DNA from: Pelagomonas calceolata | Taxonomy: Eukaryota | Length of the DNA stretch: 64,000 nt | Direction of reading: 5' to 3' | Assembly: GCA_918797485.1 (NCBI GenBank) | Contig: CAKKNE010000002.1 | Span: 3,100,001 to 3,164,000 of the forward strand | In this document: one piece after another, positions 19,800 to 32,079 of the stretch | Layout: each line of letters opens with the position of its first letter | How positions within the stretch are numbered: the first letter of the stretch is position 1 | Notes under the pieces: generated by a model | Databases searched by the model: none | Told to the model about the DNA's origin: nothing | What the model saw: the letters and a program-made list of their open reading frames with translations, nothing else | Translations under genes and position numbers: made by a program

Positions 19800-22507
19800 A
19801 TGGCGCGGAAACGGAGAGGAGGAAAAAACAGAAAGCCCCCGACTGCCCAGCCGCCCCCGCGCCAGGAGACGAAGGAGGCGACCGAGGCCATCACCTACGC
19901 GTCCGAGGACGACATCGATTCAAGGGACGATTTGGATGATGCCTACGACGACGACGACGCGTCGACGGCGGCGTCGACGACGTCGCGGAGCGACGTCTCG
20001 GAGTTGGATGGCGAGGGCTCGGAGGGTTATCGGCCGGGTGGCTACCATCCCGTTAGAATTGGAGACGTCTTCCACGCGCGGTATACTGTGGTAGAAAAGC
20101 TCGGCTGGGGCCACTTCTCGACGGTCTGGGCCTGCAAAGACGCGGACGGCGACGCTCTTGTAGCGCTGAAAGTGCAGAAGAGCGCGGCGCATTACGCCGA
20201 TGCTGCTTTGGATGAGATCGATCTATTGAGACATGCGAGAAGAGTCGCGGACGACGAGGCGAAGAACTGGAACAACCAGGGCGATGATCCCAGGGTAGCG
20301 TCGTCGCGCGTCGTGCGGCTGCTCGACCATTTTGAACATCAGGGCCCGAACGGGCGCCACGTGTGCATGGTGTTTGAGTTATTGGGAGTGAATTTGCTGA
20401 GCGTCATCCGGAAGTCGGAGTACCACGGGTTGCCCGTGGACGCGGTCCGAGCCATGACGAAGCAGATCTGTTTGGGATTAGATTTCTTACACAGAAAGTG
20501 CGCGATCATCCACACGGTCAGTGACTCAGCGTGGATATTGAACCTTACGCCATCGACGCGCGTCGTCTCCGTCAGACGAGGTCGTGGGTGGTCGCGTCGA
20601 TGGCGTCTACGCGCCCCGCGAGAGAGTCGCGGCGGTTTCGCGACGGCGTCCGTTCCACACAGGACCTCAAACCCGAAAATGTGCTCCTCAAGCGCGCCCG
20701 AGCACCTAGGCCGGTAGCTCTCAGAGACCGGACGAACGGCACCGTTTCACCGGACAAGCCCCTCTCCGCGAAGATCGAGGAGCTCTCGCAAGACCTGACC
20801 CAGACCAATTTATCGGCGGAAGAGCGCAAGAAGCTCAAGAAGAAGCTCAAGAAGCAGCGGCAGAAACAGCGGAAGAAGGGCGCGCTCGAGGAGGTCACCG
20901 AGTCACAATTTGATGTACTAAGATTGCCAGATGGTACTGTAGCTCGGTGTTCGCTGCAGGGCATGATCGCCGCGAACTTCGAGGATGACGCCGTGCCCTC
21001 GACGCCGGAACCGTTGCAAGACGAGATCCAGCGCATGGTGCTGAGGGTCGCTGACGACGTCGAGGAAGGGTCACTGCGCGCTCGAGTTGCGTTTGTCGCC
21101 CCATGGGCGAAGGTGTATGGGGCGCTCGGGCCGGACCACCGGAGGAAGCCTTATGTTCCTGAGGCGCTAGATAGAGCTCAATGGCGATGCGCTCTAGACG
21201 GCGCGGATGGCCGCGAGACGGCGGTCTTTGCTGTGAGGGGAGATGGCCGAGAACCGCAGACCGATAGGGTTTTGGCTCGCGCTGCAGCTACGGCGCTCGC
21301 TTGTACGGCGAAGACGCCGACGTCTGATAGCATCATGGGTTTGGCGGACCCTACTTTGTTGAGTGCGTGGACGGTGCGCTTCGACCCGTCGAAGGCCTTG
21401 GCTGTCCTAGGTTTCCTGGAGAGGAAGGCTCCGGGTCTGAGATTTATGAGTTGTGGGCCTCGGTCGGACGAGAAGGACGCGTGTGGCGAGCTCCGCGCCT
21501 TCGCGGACGCGCGGGAGTCTTTCGCTGGTTTGGTCGGTGTGGATTTAGGCTCCCTACAAGCTTGTACTACTACAACAGAACGAGTCGCGCGACCGAAACC
21601 TCTCGCAAGACGCTTACAACTTGCGGCAAAACGCGCGCAGCCCCCTTCTACGGAAGGAGGTGCTCCGTCAGCGCCGGATGCGCCGCCCCCGGTGCCCGTG
21701 CAGTCGCCCACATTGGAAGTAATGGACGAGCCGGCGACGTTGCCCCCACCTCCACCAGATGATGGGGTCCCCGACGACTTAGCATCCTTATGTGATGCCG
21801 AAGTAGCCGTCGTCGACCTAGGAAATGCCTGCTGGCGCCACAAGCATTTTACCGAGGATATTCAGACGCGGCAATATAGGTCTCCCGAAGTGATAGTAGG
21901 GGCACCTTATGATACCTCAGCTGATGTTTGGTCATTAGCTTGTGTGGTTTTCGAACTACTTACCGGTGATCTATTGTTCGATCCGCGAGCGGGCGGCGAC
22001 TATGATCGGGATGAGGATCATCTCGCGCAGATGCAGGAATTGTTAGGACGATACCCGAAAAAATTAGCGACGGCGTCTCGGGCTCGACGGTTCTTCACGC
22101 GACGAGGTGATCTCAAACACATCCACCAGCTGCGTTTCTGGGATTTGGAGTGCGTCCTCCGACAAAAATACCACATGTCGCCGGCCGACGCGCGCGAGGT
22201 CGCTTCCTTTTTGCGGCCTCTCCTCGAGTTTGCGCCGGACAAGCGATGCACGATGCAGGAGGCGCTGCGGCATCCCTGGCTGACCCGGCCGCAAGGAAGT
22301 TCCCCGCCACCTGTTGAGGAGGACGACGACGAGGAGGACAAGGAAGACGAGGAGGACGAGACTTTATCCACTTCCGATTCCGGGGGCTACGAGGATATTG
22401 ATGTGGAGGCGTCGGACGAGTTCGACGAGGAGGACATTGACGGGGAAGAAGCGGAGGAGGACGAGCCCGAGGAGGTCGGGGGGCCGGTCGAGGCGGGGGA
22501 CGTGTAA
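19800..22507 (+). CDS. SRPK: SR protein kinase (SRPK family); exons 19800-20516 and 20663-22507 (853 aa)
   Basis: GYRPGGYHPV, KLGWGHFSTVW, VALKVQKSA, HT|DLKPEN, spacer insert, DLGNACW, IQTRQYRSPE, DEDHLAQMQELLG. Confidence 0.92.
20517..20662 (+). mobile_element. Introner-derived intron IE-3 (degenerate) in SRPK
   Basis: ACG|GTCAGT...TTCCACACAG|GAC restores HTDLKPEN. Ends in the family TIR and contains inverted ACGCCATCGACGCG / CGCGTCGATGGCGT. The left TIR is decayed and no TSD is visible. Confidence 0.7.
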
Positions 22508-22562
22508 TCTGGATTGGGGCTTTTAGTTTTTACTCCCTTGTGGTATGCTTACTCCCGAGCCC

Positions 22563-23006
22563 TCACGCAGCCTCCGCCGCAGCCTTCGCCGCCGCCGCCG
22601 CCTCGCGCTTCGCCTTCGCCGCGGCGGCTTTCTCGGCCTTCGCTCTCGCCTTGGCCTCGGCTTCTTGATGCGCCTGGTCGGCCTCCCACGTGATGACGGC
22701 CGTATCCCAGGGCCCCTTCTCCCACGGCGCGTCGTCGGCGGCGTCGACGAAGCTTACGACCTCCCGCATCGTCTGCAGCCGGTTCCGCGCAAGGTCCTCC
22801 ACCCCGTCGCGCGCGAAGCGGGTCAAGTCGCGTTTCGCGCCCGGTGGTATCTGGCTCCAGAGCAAGTCGTCGCAGCCCCATGCAGCGAGGCCTTCGGGCA
22901 TCGACGCCACGGGTGCAAGGCGCGGGCGCGAGAGGTGACGCGTCGGGACCAAGCCAAGAGCTGTTTGTGCCAAAAGCGCTGCACAAGCTATTTTCTGATG
23001 CATCAT
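22563..23006 (-). CDS. Hypothetical protein with signal peptide plus probable plastid transit peptide
   Basis: MMHQKIACAALLAQTALG-LVPTRHLSRPRL bipartite-like N-terminus; GC3-rich body. Confidence 0.65.
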   Translation of the reverse strand: MMHQKIACAALLAQTALGLVPTRHLSRPRLAPVASMPEGLAAWGCDDLLWSQIPPGAKRDLTRFARDGVEDLARNRLQTMREVVSFVDAADDAPWEKGPWDTAVITWEADQAHQEAEAKARAKAEKAAAAKAKREAAAAAKAAAEAA

Positions 23007-23040
23007 GCTTCGCTCTCCGTCACTGGCGGTGCTCTCCCAG

Positions 23041-23811
23041 CGGGGGCCACGGGTTTCAGTGGCGTGAATTGAGGGCGCTCATACGCGGCCCCTTGAGAAG
23101 TTATATGCGCAAAAACCGGCGTACGGCCAGAGCATCCGCCGGACCCCAACATACCAGCTTTTTGGGCTGGAAAAGGGCGACGCCGGCGCGCAGCACAGTG
23201 TGAAAGGGCTGCCCTCTCCCCGACGGCTTTGGCTCCTTCCGCGGCGCGAGACGGTCTACCCGAGCGCGGGACCAAGCGTGGGGACCTACCGAACGATGTC
23301 GAACGGCCGGAGCGAACAATGAGGCCCGAACGGCTGCGGCGTCCGACGGCGCATTTCGGGGTGCGCCGATGGGCCGGCGCGATGTCATCGAATCGCCGCG
23401 GTGAGCCCACTGACGTGCGTGGGCCATCGCATGCGATCCTTATAGATGCTCCGTGGCCACAGTTTTGGTTCCATCGGCTCGGAATGCACAATTTAGGGTC
23501 CACAAAGTCGGCCTCGACGCCGCGTTCGGCCCACTGAATGTCGGCGTTGTGGAGGTTTTGAGCGGTCCGAACGGTTCGTACCCACCCATGGGTCAGCATA
23601 GAGGCCCCCAGCGGCTGGACTACGCGCGGAGGCAATTTTTGTGAATTTTCTAGTATGTAATTTGTGCCTAACATCTGTCAAACCTCATGATTTTTTCTCA
23701 AACTTTGTGTGAATTAAGATGAGGTCTATATACGCCCCCTGACCGGTTTTTGCGCATAAAATCTTCGACGCGACGCCGCTAGAGCCGGAGCAAAAACCCG
23801 TGGCCCCCCAT
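23041..23811. mobile_element. Non-autonomous DNA transposon (MULE/MITE-like), 771 bp
   Basis: 9-bp direct repeat CTCTCCCAG at 23032-23040 and 23812-23820; terminal inverted GGGGGCCACGGGTTT / AAACCCGTGGCCCCC; subterminal inverted ATGCGCAAAAACCGG / CCGGTTTTTGCGCAT. Confidence 0.75.
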
Positions 23812-23942
23812 CTCTCCCAGCCAAATCTCTGCAACCAAGTTGTAATCAGTCGCAAAACGGCACTGTACGCGCAACAAGCTCCCTCAGTCCGTCGGTTAAG
23901 CTGAGGCTAGGCTAGGCTAGCCGGATAGAAACATTAACATGT

Positions 23943-25724
23943 CTAACGCCTATACGGCGAGAACCCCGCGAACGACGAGGACGGCATCACATACGTCTCG
24001 TCCTCAGCGATCTCGACGGCTCCGCGGACCTGCTCCGCGTCGAAGACGCCGACGCCCCAGAAACCGGTCCCGCCGCGCCGGACATTTTTATGGAAGAGGT
24101 CGTGGAAGAAGCGGTGCGGGAGGCCGAGCTGGGCCTCGAGCTGGAGGCCGCCGCTGGACGGCCCCATCGAGCCCCGGATCACCAGGAAAAAGTTCGAGTC
24201 GTCGCAGTCGATGCCCAGGACGTCTTGCATCCTCTGATGGACGTCGCGCCGCGCCACGACGACGTAGCAGAGCAACAGGACGTGTTCTACCTCGGGCCGC
24301 GCATCGCCCTCGAACGTGTTCGGCGGCTGATCCGTCCTATCATAAAAGTTCGGCGGCGCCAGCGCCGTGCCCTGCGCCGGGCCCGGCTGCGGGAAGCGCT
24401 GGGCCAGCGCGGTGCACTTCGCGAGGAGCGCCGGGGTCAGCACGGGTTCGAGCAGGCTGCCGGCCGCCGGCGCGCCGCCGACGCTCGGCGGCGTCGGCGG
24501 GCGCCGCGCGCCCGGCGACGAAGCGCACCGTGCGCACGCCCGCGCGAGCGCCGCGCACGCGTCTTGAGCGCTCGCATTCGCGGGCAGGCCCTCCGGGCGC
24601 TCGGCGGCGATCGCGCGCGTGTCCCGGAACTCGCCGTGCCGGAAGCGCTGGTAGAGGTCGTCGCCGCAGTAGCCGGCGGCCGCGAGCGCGTAGGGCAGCC
24701 AGCTCAGACAGAGCAGGGGCATGCCGTCGTCGAACGGCACCACGAGCCCCAAATAGAGCAAGAACACCACCCACTCCTTGTAACAGGGCAACCTGCGTTG
24801 AGACACCGATGAACGTGGAGAAACGTCAACTCTCACGAGAATAGATCGAATTGTAGGCTCCTCGAGTCGACGAAACGCCGGCACCTACCAAGGGTAGGGC
24901 TTGATCAGCCCTATCGACCACCGTCTCCCTTCGTCGGGTGGAGGCGGCGGCGGCGGCGGCGGCGGCTCCGGCGGCGGCACCGGCGGCTGCGTCCGCGGGT
25001 CCGGCGACGAGCCCGGCGACGCCGGCGACGCTTGCAGCAGCAGCCGCGGCTGCTCCGGCAGCAACATCTGCCAATGCAGCCCGTCGAAGTGTCGCAGCTG
25101 CTCCTGTGGCAGGACGCGGCAGAGCAACTCGTTCCCAGGTGGCAGCGGGTCCGGCGGCGCCGCCTTCACGAGGTCCCGCAGCTGCGAATACCTCCGGAGC
25201 AGCGCGGCGGGGCCATAGTCCCCTTCCTGCCACGGCCGGATCGTGAAGCCGCGCTCGCGCGCGCGATTGAGGTCGATGACGAGGCCGTGGGGCCAGCCCT
25301 GGCGGCACACGTAGGCCGTGTTGGCCCGGCCGACCATGATCGAGACGCTTCTTTCGTAGCGCGAGTCGAAGTCTAAGGCGCTCGCGTCGAAGTTGTGCGC
25401 CGGCGGCTCCAGCGCAAACGTGCAGCCGCCGAGGTAGCAGCCCACGAGCGCCTCCGCGTAGCAGCCCGTGGTGATGGCCGCCGCGAACGCGCCCGGCACG
25501 TGGCCGCGCATGACGTAGGCGACTCGCTGCATAACCGATGACGTGTATGCATTCCCTGGCAGGGAATGCTCGAGCTCGTGCAGCGGATGCTTCACGAGCT
25601 CCTCCAGTTTTTGCTTGCGCCGGCCCAGGTCCAAGTCCTGCAAATACGTTGATAGCGCTTCTACTTCTGACGCAACTTCGGCCGGCAATGACGATGCATC
25701 ACTGTCGCTGGTGTTATTATCCAT
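23943..25724 (-). CDS. Hypothetical membrane protein; exons 25724-24889 and 24792-23943 (561 aa)
   Basis: Two same-frame ORFs joined by a 96-nt TG|GTAGGT...CGCAG|G intron (24793-24888) that removes the stop; poly-Pro linker followed by two hydrophobic segments. Confidence 0.6.
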
Positions 25725-25755
25725 TTTTACAGCGTTTTTGGACCTCGGCGACGTG

Positions 25756-25790
25756 CGCAAACGCTGTCGACGTAGAAACCCGCGAGCTCA
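25756..25790 (-). repeat. 35-bp dispersed element, copy 1
   Basis: Exact reverse complement of 32614-32648. Confidence 0.8.
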
Positions 25791-26391
25791 GAGGCTCGGG
25801 GCTCAATCGCTAGTGATTTAGCTTTAGCTTTGTCTTAGACTCTACAGCCTTAGTGCTCGTCAGGTTGCTCCAAACAGCGCCACCTCGTCGGCGTTTCGCC
25901 CACAGCAACGACGCACGACACGCTTTTCGTTTGGTTAGGGCGATGCACTGGCGGCCGGCGCGAGGATGTACGCACGGTAGAGCAAAGACTCGGCGTTGCT
26001 CGGCTCGGCGCTGCAGAAAACTAGTAGGAAAAACCACGCACCTTGATGAAATGTAACGTTGCCAGAGTCCATTGAAGAAGAGAAGTCCGTGGGGCGAAAT
26101 ATTGGTTTCGACGCAGAGCGGCGACGGCGTGGCCTCGACAGACACGGCGCGCCGATGCCCTAGCCGCTGCTCTTTTCAGGCGTGCTTGCGTCGCGAGATC
26201 ACGCCGTAGACCTCGCGTGCTACATTCTACCGCACCACAATAGCCCTTGGCCGCAATTTTAGATAATTCGCCGCTTGTGACGCTGCACGTGCAGCAATCA
26301 CGTAGGCGCACAAAAATCCATGGTAGCAAACGGGTTTTCGCCGATTTTTCAATCCGCTCCTCCTCGAAGCCCCAAGTAAAGCTAAAAACAC

Positions 26392-27177
26392 TTAGAATAC
26401 CAATGACGCGACGTACGCAACCAGAACCACCAAGACAAAAAGCACCGCGAGGACCTCGTACCGCAGCGCGAACCAGTAGAGCCCCGCGAGCTGCTGGAGG
26501 TACTCGACATTCTGTTTCGCGCTGAGCTTCGACTCGCCCGCCGTCCGCTCGCGAAACGTGATGGGCACGTCTTCCACCGAAGTGCACCGGCAGCGGACCA
26601 TCACCTCCAGGCCGACCTTGAAGCCCAGCGGCCGTGGCTCGCCCTTCGCCAGTACTTTTTTGGAAGTGCAGAAGAAGCCGCTCATGGGGTCCGTCGACGT
26701 ACACAAAGGCCGCGCGAGGAGCGTCGCGCCCGCGGAAATGATGACTCTCACCACATTCCATTCGAAGCCGACGCCGCCGCCGCCCACATGTCGAGAGCCG
26801 ACGCTGAAGTCCGCCCGTCCTGCGAGGACGGGCGCCGCGACGCTCGGCACGGACTCGGGCTCGTGCTGGAGGTCGGCGTCCATACAGAGCACAGTATCAT
26901 ATTTCGCGCGCGCGAAGCCCAGCAGTACGGCCGAGGAGAGGCCCCGGCCTTGGCTGCGCGCGCGCGTCTCGAGGCGCACGTCAAAACCCTCCTTCCGCAG
27001 CTGTTGGACGATGCTTTGCGACGCGCCGGAGCCGCGCGACTCGTCGTCGGCGAAGAGGAGGTCGCAGTCTAGACCCGCGGCGCGGGCTGCTTTGAACAGC
27101 CGTTCCGTCAGCGGTCGTAGGTTGTCCGTCTCGTCGTAGGTCGGGACGACGACGGAGAGCTGCTTTTGCGGCGCCAT
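26392..27177 (-). CDS. DPM1: Dolichol-phosphate mannosyltransferase (GT2) with C-terminal TM helix
   Basis: LSVVVPTYDETDNL, GRGLSSAVLLGF, MDADLQHEPE, GSRHV, DPMSGFF, VPITFRERTAGESKL. Confidence 0.85.
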   Translation of the reverse strand: MAPQKQLSVVVPTYDETDNLRPLTERLFKAARAAGLDCDLLFADDESRGSGASQSIVQQLRKEGFDVRLETRARSQGRGLSSAVLLGFARAKYDTVLCMDADLQHEPESVPSVAAPVLAGRADFSVGSRHVGGGGVGFEWNVVRVIISAGATLLARPLCTSTDPMSGFFCTSKKVLAKGEPRPLGFKVGLEVMVRCRCTSVEDVPITFRERTAGESKLSAKQNVEYLQQLAGLYWFALRYEVLAVLFVLVVLVAYVASLVF

Positions 27178-27431
27178 TTTTGTGCTTTGCAGCGGTTCGC
27201 TGCTTTGTTTTCGAGGTTTATCACGCCGCGCGTATTTTTGTGGGTCAACGACGTGCGAAATTGGCTGCAGGGTAGGCCCAAGCTCGATACGCGTTGATTT
27301 TTGCGGCCCGTAGCGCGGTTGAATGCCGTTTTTCGAGGCTGTTGGCTGCGCGTGGATCGGTGAGTTGCTTCTGTGCGACAAGAGCTAAAGTGGCCAATGT
27401 GTAAGCGCGACACGCGTTTCCACAAAGCGCT

Positions 27432-27455
27432 TGCTAGTGTCTTACAGGCCGCTAG
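27432..27455 (+). promoter_or_regulatory. Recurrent CTAG-dyad motif TGCTAGTGTCTTACAGGCCGCTAG in the divergent DPM1/cwf21 promoter
   Basis: 23/24 identical to 61928-61951; related copies occur in other upstream regions. Confidence 0.55.
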
Positions 27456-27596
27456 CCTCACAGCCGTGCCTAAAAAGCCGCATTGCTCGCGTCACACTTC
27501 GCGCGCCAGCCAAATCGTTCGTTTGTGAGCCGTTACAGCTGTGGGACAACGATCCTGCCCACACTACATTGTAGCCCACAGCCGACAGCACTAAAG

Positions 27597-28124
27597 ATGT
27601 CCCAGATGGGCGGCGGCCTCCGCTGGCACGGCGTCTCGAAGACGGGCTCGACGGCGACGTCGCGCATCATGAACGCCGCGAAGGCCGAGCGCGAAAAGGC
27701 TAATAGATCTGCCCCAAAGGTCGGGTCCGCCTCCGTGACCGATGGGGACGACTGGCTCGCCGTCGCTGCCGCCGAGAGGGCAGCGAGGGAAAGGACGGGC
27801 GCCACGGGCAACGCCTTCGCCGACGGCGCGTCGCTGGTGCGGGAGGCGAAGCGCCAAGCGACGGAGGACGACGACGAGTTCGCGATTCCGGCCCAATCTA
27901 AAAAGGCGCGCGTCGACGACGAGGCCGACGGCCCGCCGCCGACAGAGAAACCAACGGAGAAGGTGGAGCTCTCGCGGGAAGCGAAGCGCGAGGTCGAGCT
28001 GTCGATCATGGAGCTGCGGGACGAGCTCGAGGAGGAAGGGTTGGACGAGGACGCGATCGACGCGCGGTGCGACGCTTTGCGAACGAAGCTCCTCGAGAAG
28101 GCCGCCGCCGACGCTGTAAAGTAG
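27597..28124 (+). CDS. cwf21-domain protein (splicing-associated)
   Basis: C-terminal KREVELSIMELRDELEEEGLDEDAIDARCDALRTKL matches the cwf21 pattern. Confidence 0.7.
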   Translation: MSQMGGGLRWHGVSKTGSTATSRIMNAAKAEREKANRSAPKVGSASVTDGDDWLAVAAAERAARERTGATGNAFADGASLVREAKRQATEDDDEFAIPAQSKKARVDDEADGPPPTEKPTEKVELSREAKREVELSIMELRDELEEEGLDEDAIDARCDALRTKLLEKAAADAVK

Positions 28125-28155
28125 AATAGATAGTTTTTTTTTTACCCTCCGCTGC

Positions 28156-28611
28156 CTACTTCTTGGTCGCCGCCATCGTCTTGCCGCGGCGCCCCGTGGA
28201 CTTCGTGTGCTGGCCGCGCACGCGGATGCACCAGTAGTGGCGCAGGCCCCGGTGGGCCCGGATCTTCTTGAGCCGCTCCAGGTCCGACCGCAGCGTCGTG
28301 TGGAGCGTGTTCGCGAACGCCTGCGAGTACTTGCCCGTCTTGTAGTCCTTCTGTCTATTTAAAAACCAGGTCGGGATCTTGAACTGCTTCGGGTTCTGGA
28401 TGATGGCCACGAGCTTCTCGACCTCGTCGGCCGTCAGCTCGCCGGCGCGCTTGTGCGCGTCGACCGCAGCTTTTTTGCACACCACGTTCGCGAAGCGGCG
28501 GCCGACGCCGGGGATCGCCGTGATGGCGTACATGACCTTGCGCCGCCCATCAATATTCGTGTTGAGCACGCGCAAAATGTGCTGGAAGTCGGGGCTGATG
28601 ACGAGCGACAT
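28156..28611 (-). CDS. RPS18: 40S ribosomal protein S18 (uS13)
   Basis: [61 protein letters not shown]. Confidence 0.97.
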   Translation of the reverse strand: MSLVISPDFQHILRVLNTNIDGRRKVMYAITAIPGVGRRFANVVCKKAAVDAHKRAGELTADEVEKLVAIIQNPKQFKIPTWFLNRQKDYKTGKYSQAFANTLHTTLRSDLERLKKIRAHRGLRHYWCIRVRGQHTKSTGRRGKTMAATKK

Positions 28612-29169
28612 CGTCTCGGGGGATTTAACCTGCGGGCGCCGCGAAAGTGAGCGTGCTGGCCGCGGTGGGAGCTATGCCGGTGTGTGTGGTGACCTCTGCG
28701 GCCGCGTCTAGCGGCGCGGTCGCCCCGCGGCGGCCTATCTCGGCCTTGCCACAATATGGCGATTCAGCGGCGCGTCCACGTCGCGCGGAGCTGTAAGCTG
28801 TCCGACACTGTAACGCACGGCTCCGAACAGCCCTACAACCACAGCTAGAGGCGACAGCGGCTTTGCGCTGCGCAGTAAATTACAATCGCTGTCCGCGACT
28901 TTGACAATCACCAAGTCTTTGCGCCTCTGCGAACACAGGCTGTGGGGACGTCCAGCGGCGACATGGGAGTGGCTCTGACACCCCAGGGCTTTTTGGAGCT
29001 ATCTTTTTTCGTTCTAGTACGTCTACGACACTAGTAAACATCGACGCCGGCCGCAAAGCGTAGGACACGTAGGCGGCCGACGGACGCCACGATTCATATC
29101 TGCAGCCGAGACGAGTCATATCTGCAGCCGCGCTATATATCTCAACAAAAAACAGCAAAGCTCTGTGTG

Positions 29170-32039
29170 ATGGCCTGCACCCCCGCCGTCGACGCGACCT
29201 CCTCTTTGATAGGAGCGGCTCTATCGGCAAGTAGCTGCAAGAGCAGATCTGTACCCATCTTCTACCTGCGCCGGGCTGGAATAGTCGTGTGCGGCTCGCT
29301 CACCTTTGTCGCGCTCTCAACGAATGACACGAGTACAGTAGCAAAAGCATCAATCGGCTCATTAGCAGCTCTACTAACATTAGGACGGTGGGACAACGCG
29401 CGCGCCGAACTCGCGCCGCGCTGGGAGCCCCACGGCCGCGGCGCGTCCGACGCGAAGGGTGAAATTTGGGCAACTTTAACTGTCTATGTTACTGGCGCCG
29501 CCTACGCCTGCTTGCTGAAAAAGCTTACGTTCTATTCACCTCTAGCGGGCGTCGCCGTGGCCTTGGGCGTGGCCTACGTCGCGTCGCGGCCGGGCGTGTC
29601 GAAACCGGGCGGGCCGCGGCCGCAGCCGATTGGAAGGAAACCGCAATTCGACGCGGCGCCGCGGCCGCCGGTCCGCGGCTGGCGCTGCGCTACGGGGAGC
29701 GAGAGTCATGAAGTCACGGCGTTGGCCGCGCAGAAGCACGGTCTGAACGCGTCCTTGAGCGGAGAAAGTTCAGGACGACAGATCTGGCACTTTGTTGGAG
29801 AAGAAAACGACGGCGCCGGAGGTTGCGAAGCTTTTGATCCCGCGAAGAACCCGAATTCGTCAGATCAGTTATACAGGAGGGAGCGGTTGCGGACTTGGCG
29901 GCAGAAACACGGCGACGACGTACCCGTAAAAGATCCATTAGAACGCGCTTTAAAGTTCTACCGCAAGCTCCAAGTCGACGACGGCCACTGGGCCGGCGAC
30001 TACGGCGGGCCCCACTTTCTCTCACCTGGACTTGTAGTTATGTGGTATGTTACTGGTAGAAGAGATAGCGTCCTAGATGCCAACCAAAGAAACGCCATGA
30101 AGCGGTACTACGAGAACCACCAGCAGAGTGACGGCGGCTGGGGCACGCATATTGAGTCTCCTTCGACCATGTTTGGCACTACTCTGACCTATGTGGCTCT
30201 ACGACTGCTCGGAGAGCCCGCGGAAGCACCACGCCTAAGGAAAGCCAGGACCTTCATCCATTATCACGGCGGCGCGACGTACACGGCGTCCTGGGCCAAG
30301 TTCGCGCTGTGTCTGCTGGGTTGTATGGATTGGGAGGGCCACGAGTCCGTCCCGCCGGAGATGTGGTTACTACCAAGGTGGTGCCCCTTCCACCCGTGTC
30401 GGATGTGGTGCCACGCGCGCATGGTCTATTTGCCCATGGGTTATTTATGGGGTAGTCGGTGGGTCTACGCCGACGCGGAAACTGATGAGACGGTGTTATC
30501 ACTGAGGAGGGAGCTGTACCCCGAGTCTTATGAGAAGATAGATTGGCGCGCTTCTAGAAGTTTGGTCGCGCCCATCGACGACTACTCGCCCGTCGGCGTC
30601 CCGATGAAACTCGCGCAGCTGGTGTTGCGGTGCTACGAGTCTTCTTTTATCTTGAAACCGTTCCGGGCCTTCGTAAGGAGGAGAGGATTGGCCTTCTCCG
30701 CGGACTACTGCAAGGCGGAGGATTTACAAACGAATTTCGTGGACATAGGGCCGGTCAACAAAGTGTACAATATGTTGGTAGCTTATGATAGGAACGACGG
30801 GACCTTCGACGCGCATTGTTTGCGCGTGCCCGACTATCTGTGGGTCGCCGAGGACGGCCTGAAGATGCAGGTTCGTTGTTCCGTGTCCTCTTTCAATCGC
30901 GTACGCCATCGCCGCTCACCTTACAACGCGCGCAGGGCTACAACGGCTCGCAGTGCTGGGACTTGAGTTTCGCGACGCAAGCCATCGCCGAGGCGCGATT
31001 GGGCGACGCGGCCTACCTCGAGGATTGTGTGGTGAAAGCTTGGAACTACCTGGAACGGACCCAGATCCTCTCGACGGAGGTCAGCCAGGCGTCGCCCGCT
31101 TTTAGGTATGAGGACGCCATCAACCGCGAAAAGTACTTCCGCCACGTCAGCAAGGGCGGCTGGCCCTTCTCCACGTCGGCGCACGGCTGGCCCATCAGCG
31201 ACTGCACGGCCGAGGGCCTGAAAAGTGTTTTAGCATTGCGGAATTTGCAGTGTGTTATGAAGAAGGGCACGTCCATCTCCGACGAGAGGTTGTGCGACGC
31301 GGTGGACGTCATCCTAGCGTTACAAAATGCTGATGGGGGGTTCGCGACGTACGAAAATAACAGGGGCTACGGCTGGTACGAGTGGCTGAACCCGTCGGAA
31401 GTGTTTGGGGATATCATGATCGATTATTCGTACGTCGAGTGCTCCATGGCGTCGAACGGCGCTTTAGCGAGATTTCGGGAGGCCTTTCCTACCCATAGAC
31501 AGAGGGAAGTGGATAGAGCGTTAGCTAGGGGCAACGCCTTCCTCAAGTCCATCCAGCGGGAAGATGGAAGTTGGTACGGCTCCTGGGGCTGCTGCTTTAC
31601 GTACGCGGGCTGGTTCGGGATTGAGGGCCTCGTTGATTCAGGCGAGGACCCGTCTACGAGTGAACCGGTACAGAGGGCTTGTGCTTTCCTACTAAAACAT
31701 CAACGGGCGAACGGGGGCTGGGGCGAGGACTTCACGTCGTGCTTCGACAAGGCCTACGCGGCCGACGGCATGCGGGACTACGGCGACGACGGATCGGGCG
31801 TCGTTCCGACGGCCTGGGCGCTACTGGGCTTGATGGCCGGGCGCTGTGCGGACCAAGCGGCGGTCCGAAAGGGCGTCGCTTACTTGGAGCGGCGGCAGCT
31901 CGAGTCGGGCGACTGGCCCCAGGAGGGCATCGCGGGCGTCTTCAACCGCGCGTGCGGGATCACGTACACGGCGTACCGGAACGTGTTCCCGATCTGGGCC
32001 CTGGCGCGCTACCGCGAGGAGTATTTGCTGCATTCGTAA
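29170..32039 (+). CDS. CAS1: Oxidosqualene cyclase, cycloartenol-synthase type; exons 29170-30870 and 30936-32039 (934 aa)
   Basis: GRQIW, DGHWAGDYGGP, MWCHAR, KMQ|GYNGSQCWD, HGWPISDCTAE (Tyr/His/Ile triad typical of cycloartenol synthases), QW repeats, YRNVFPIWAL; 65-nt GT-AG intron. Confidence 0.9.
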
Positions 32040-32079
32040 GTATGTCGTTTTATCGAGAACTTACACAGTACATTGAATC

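Noticed and set aside
23003..23674. 223-aa ORF inside the MULE-like element as a transposase
   Set aside because: Non-ATG start, no DDE or zinc-finger motifs, atypical codon usage
24793..24888. In-frame TAG between ORFs 24885..25760 and 23943..24884 as read-through or recoding
   Set aside because: A canonical 96-nt GTAGGT...CGCAG intron removes it
28630..28900. 5'-UTR intron of RPS18
   Set aside because: An acceptor-like CGCAG is present at ~28630 but no donor could be assigned confidently
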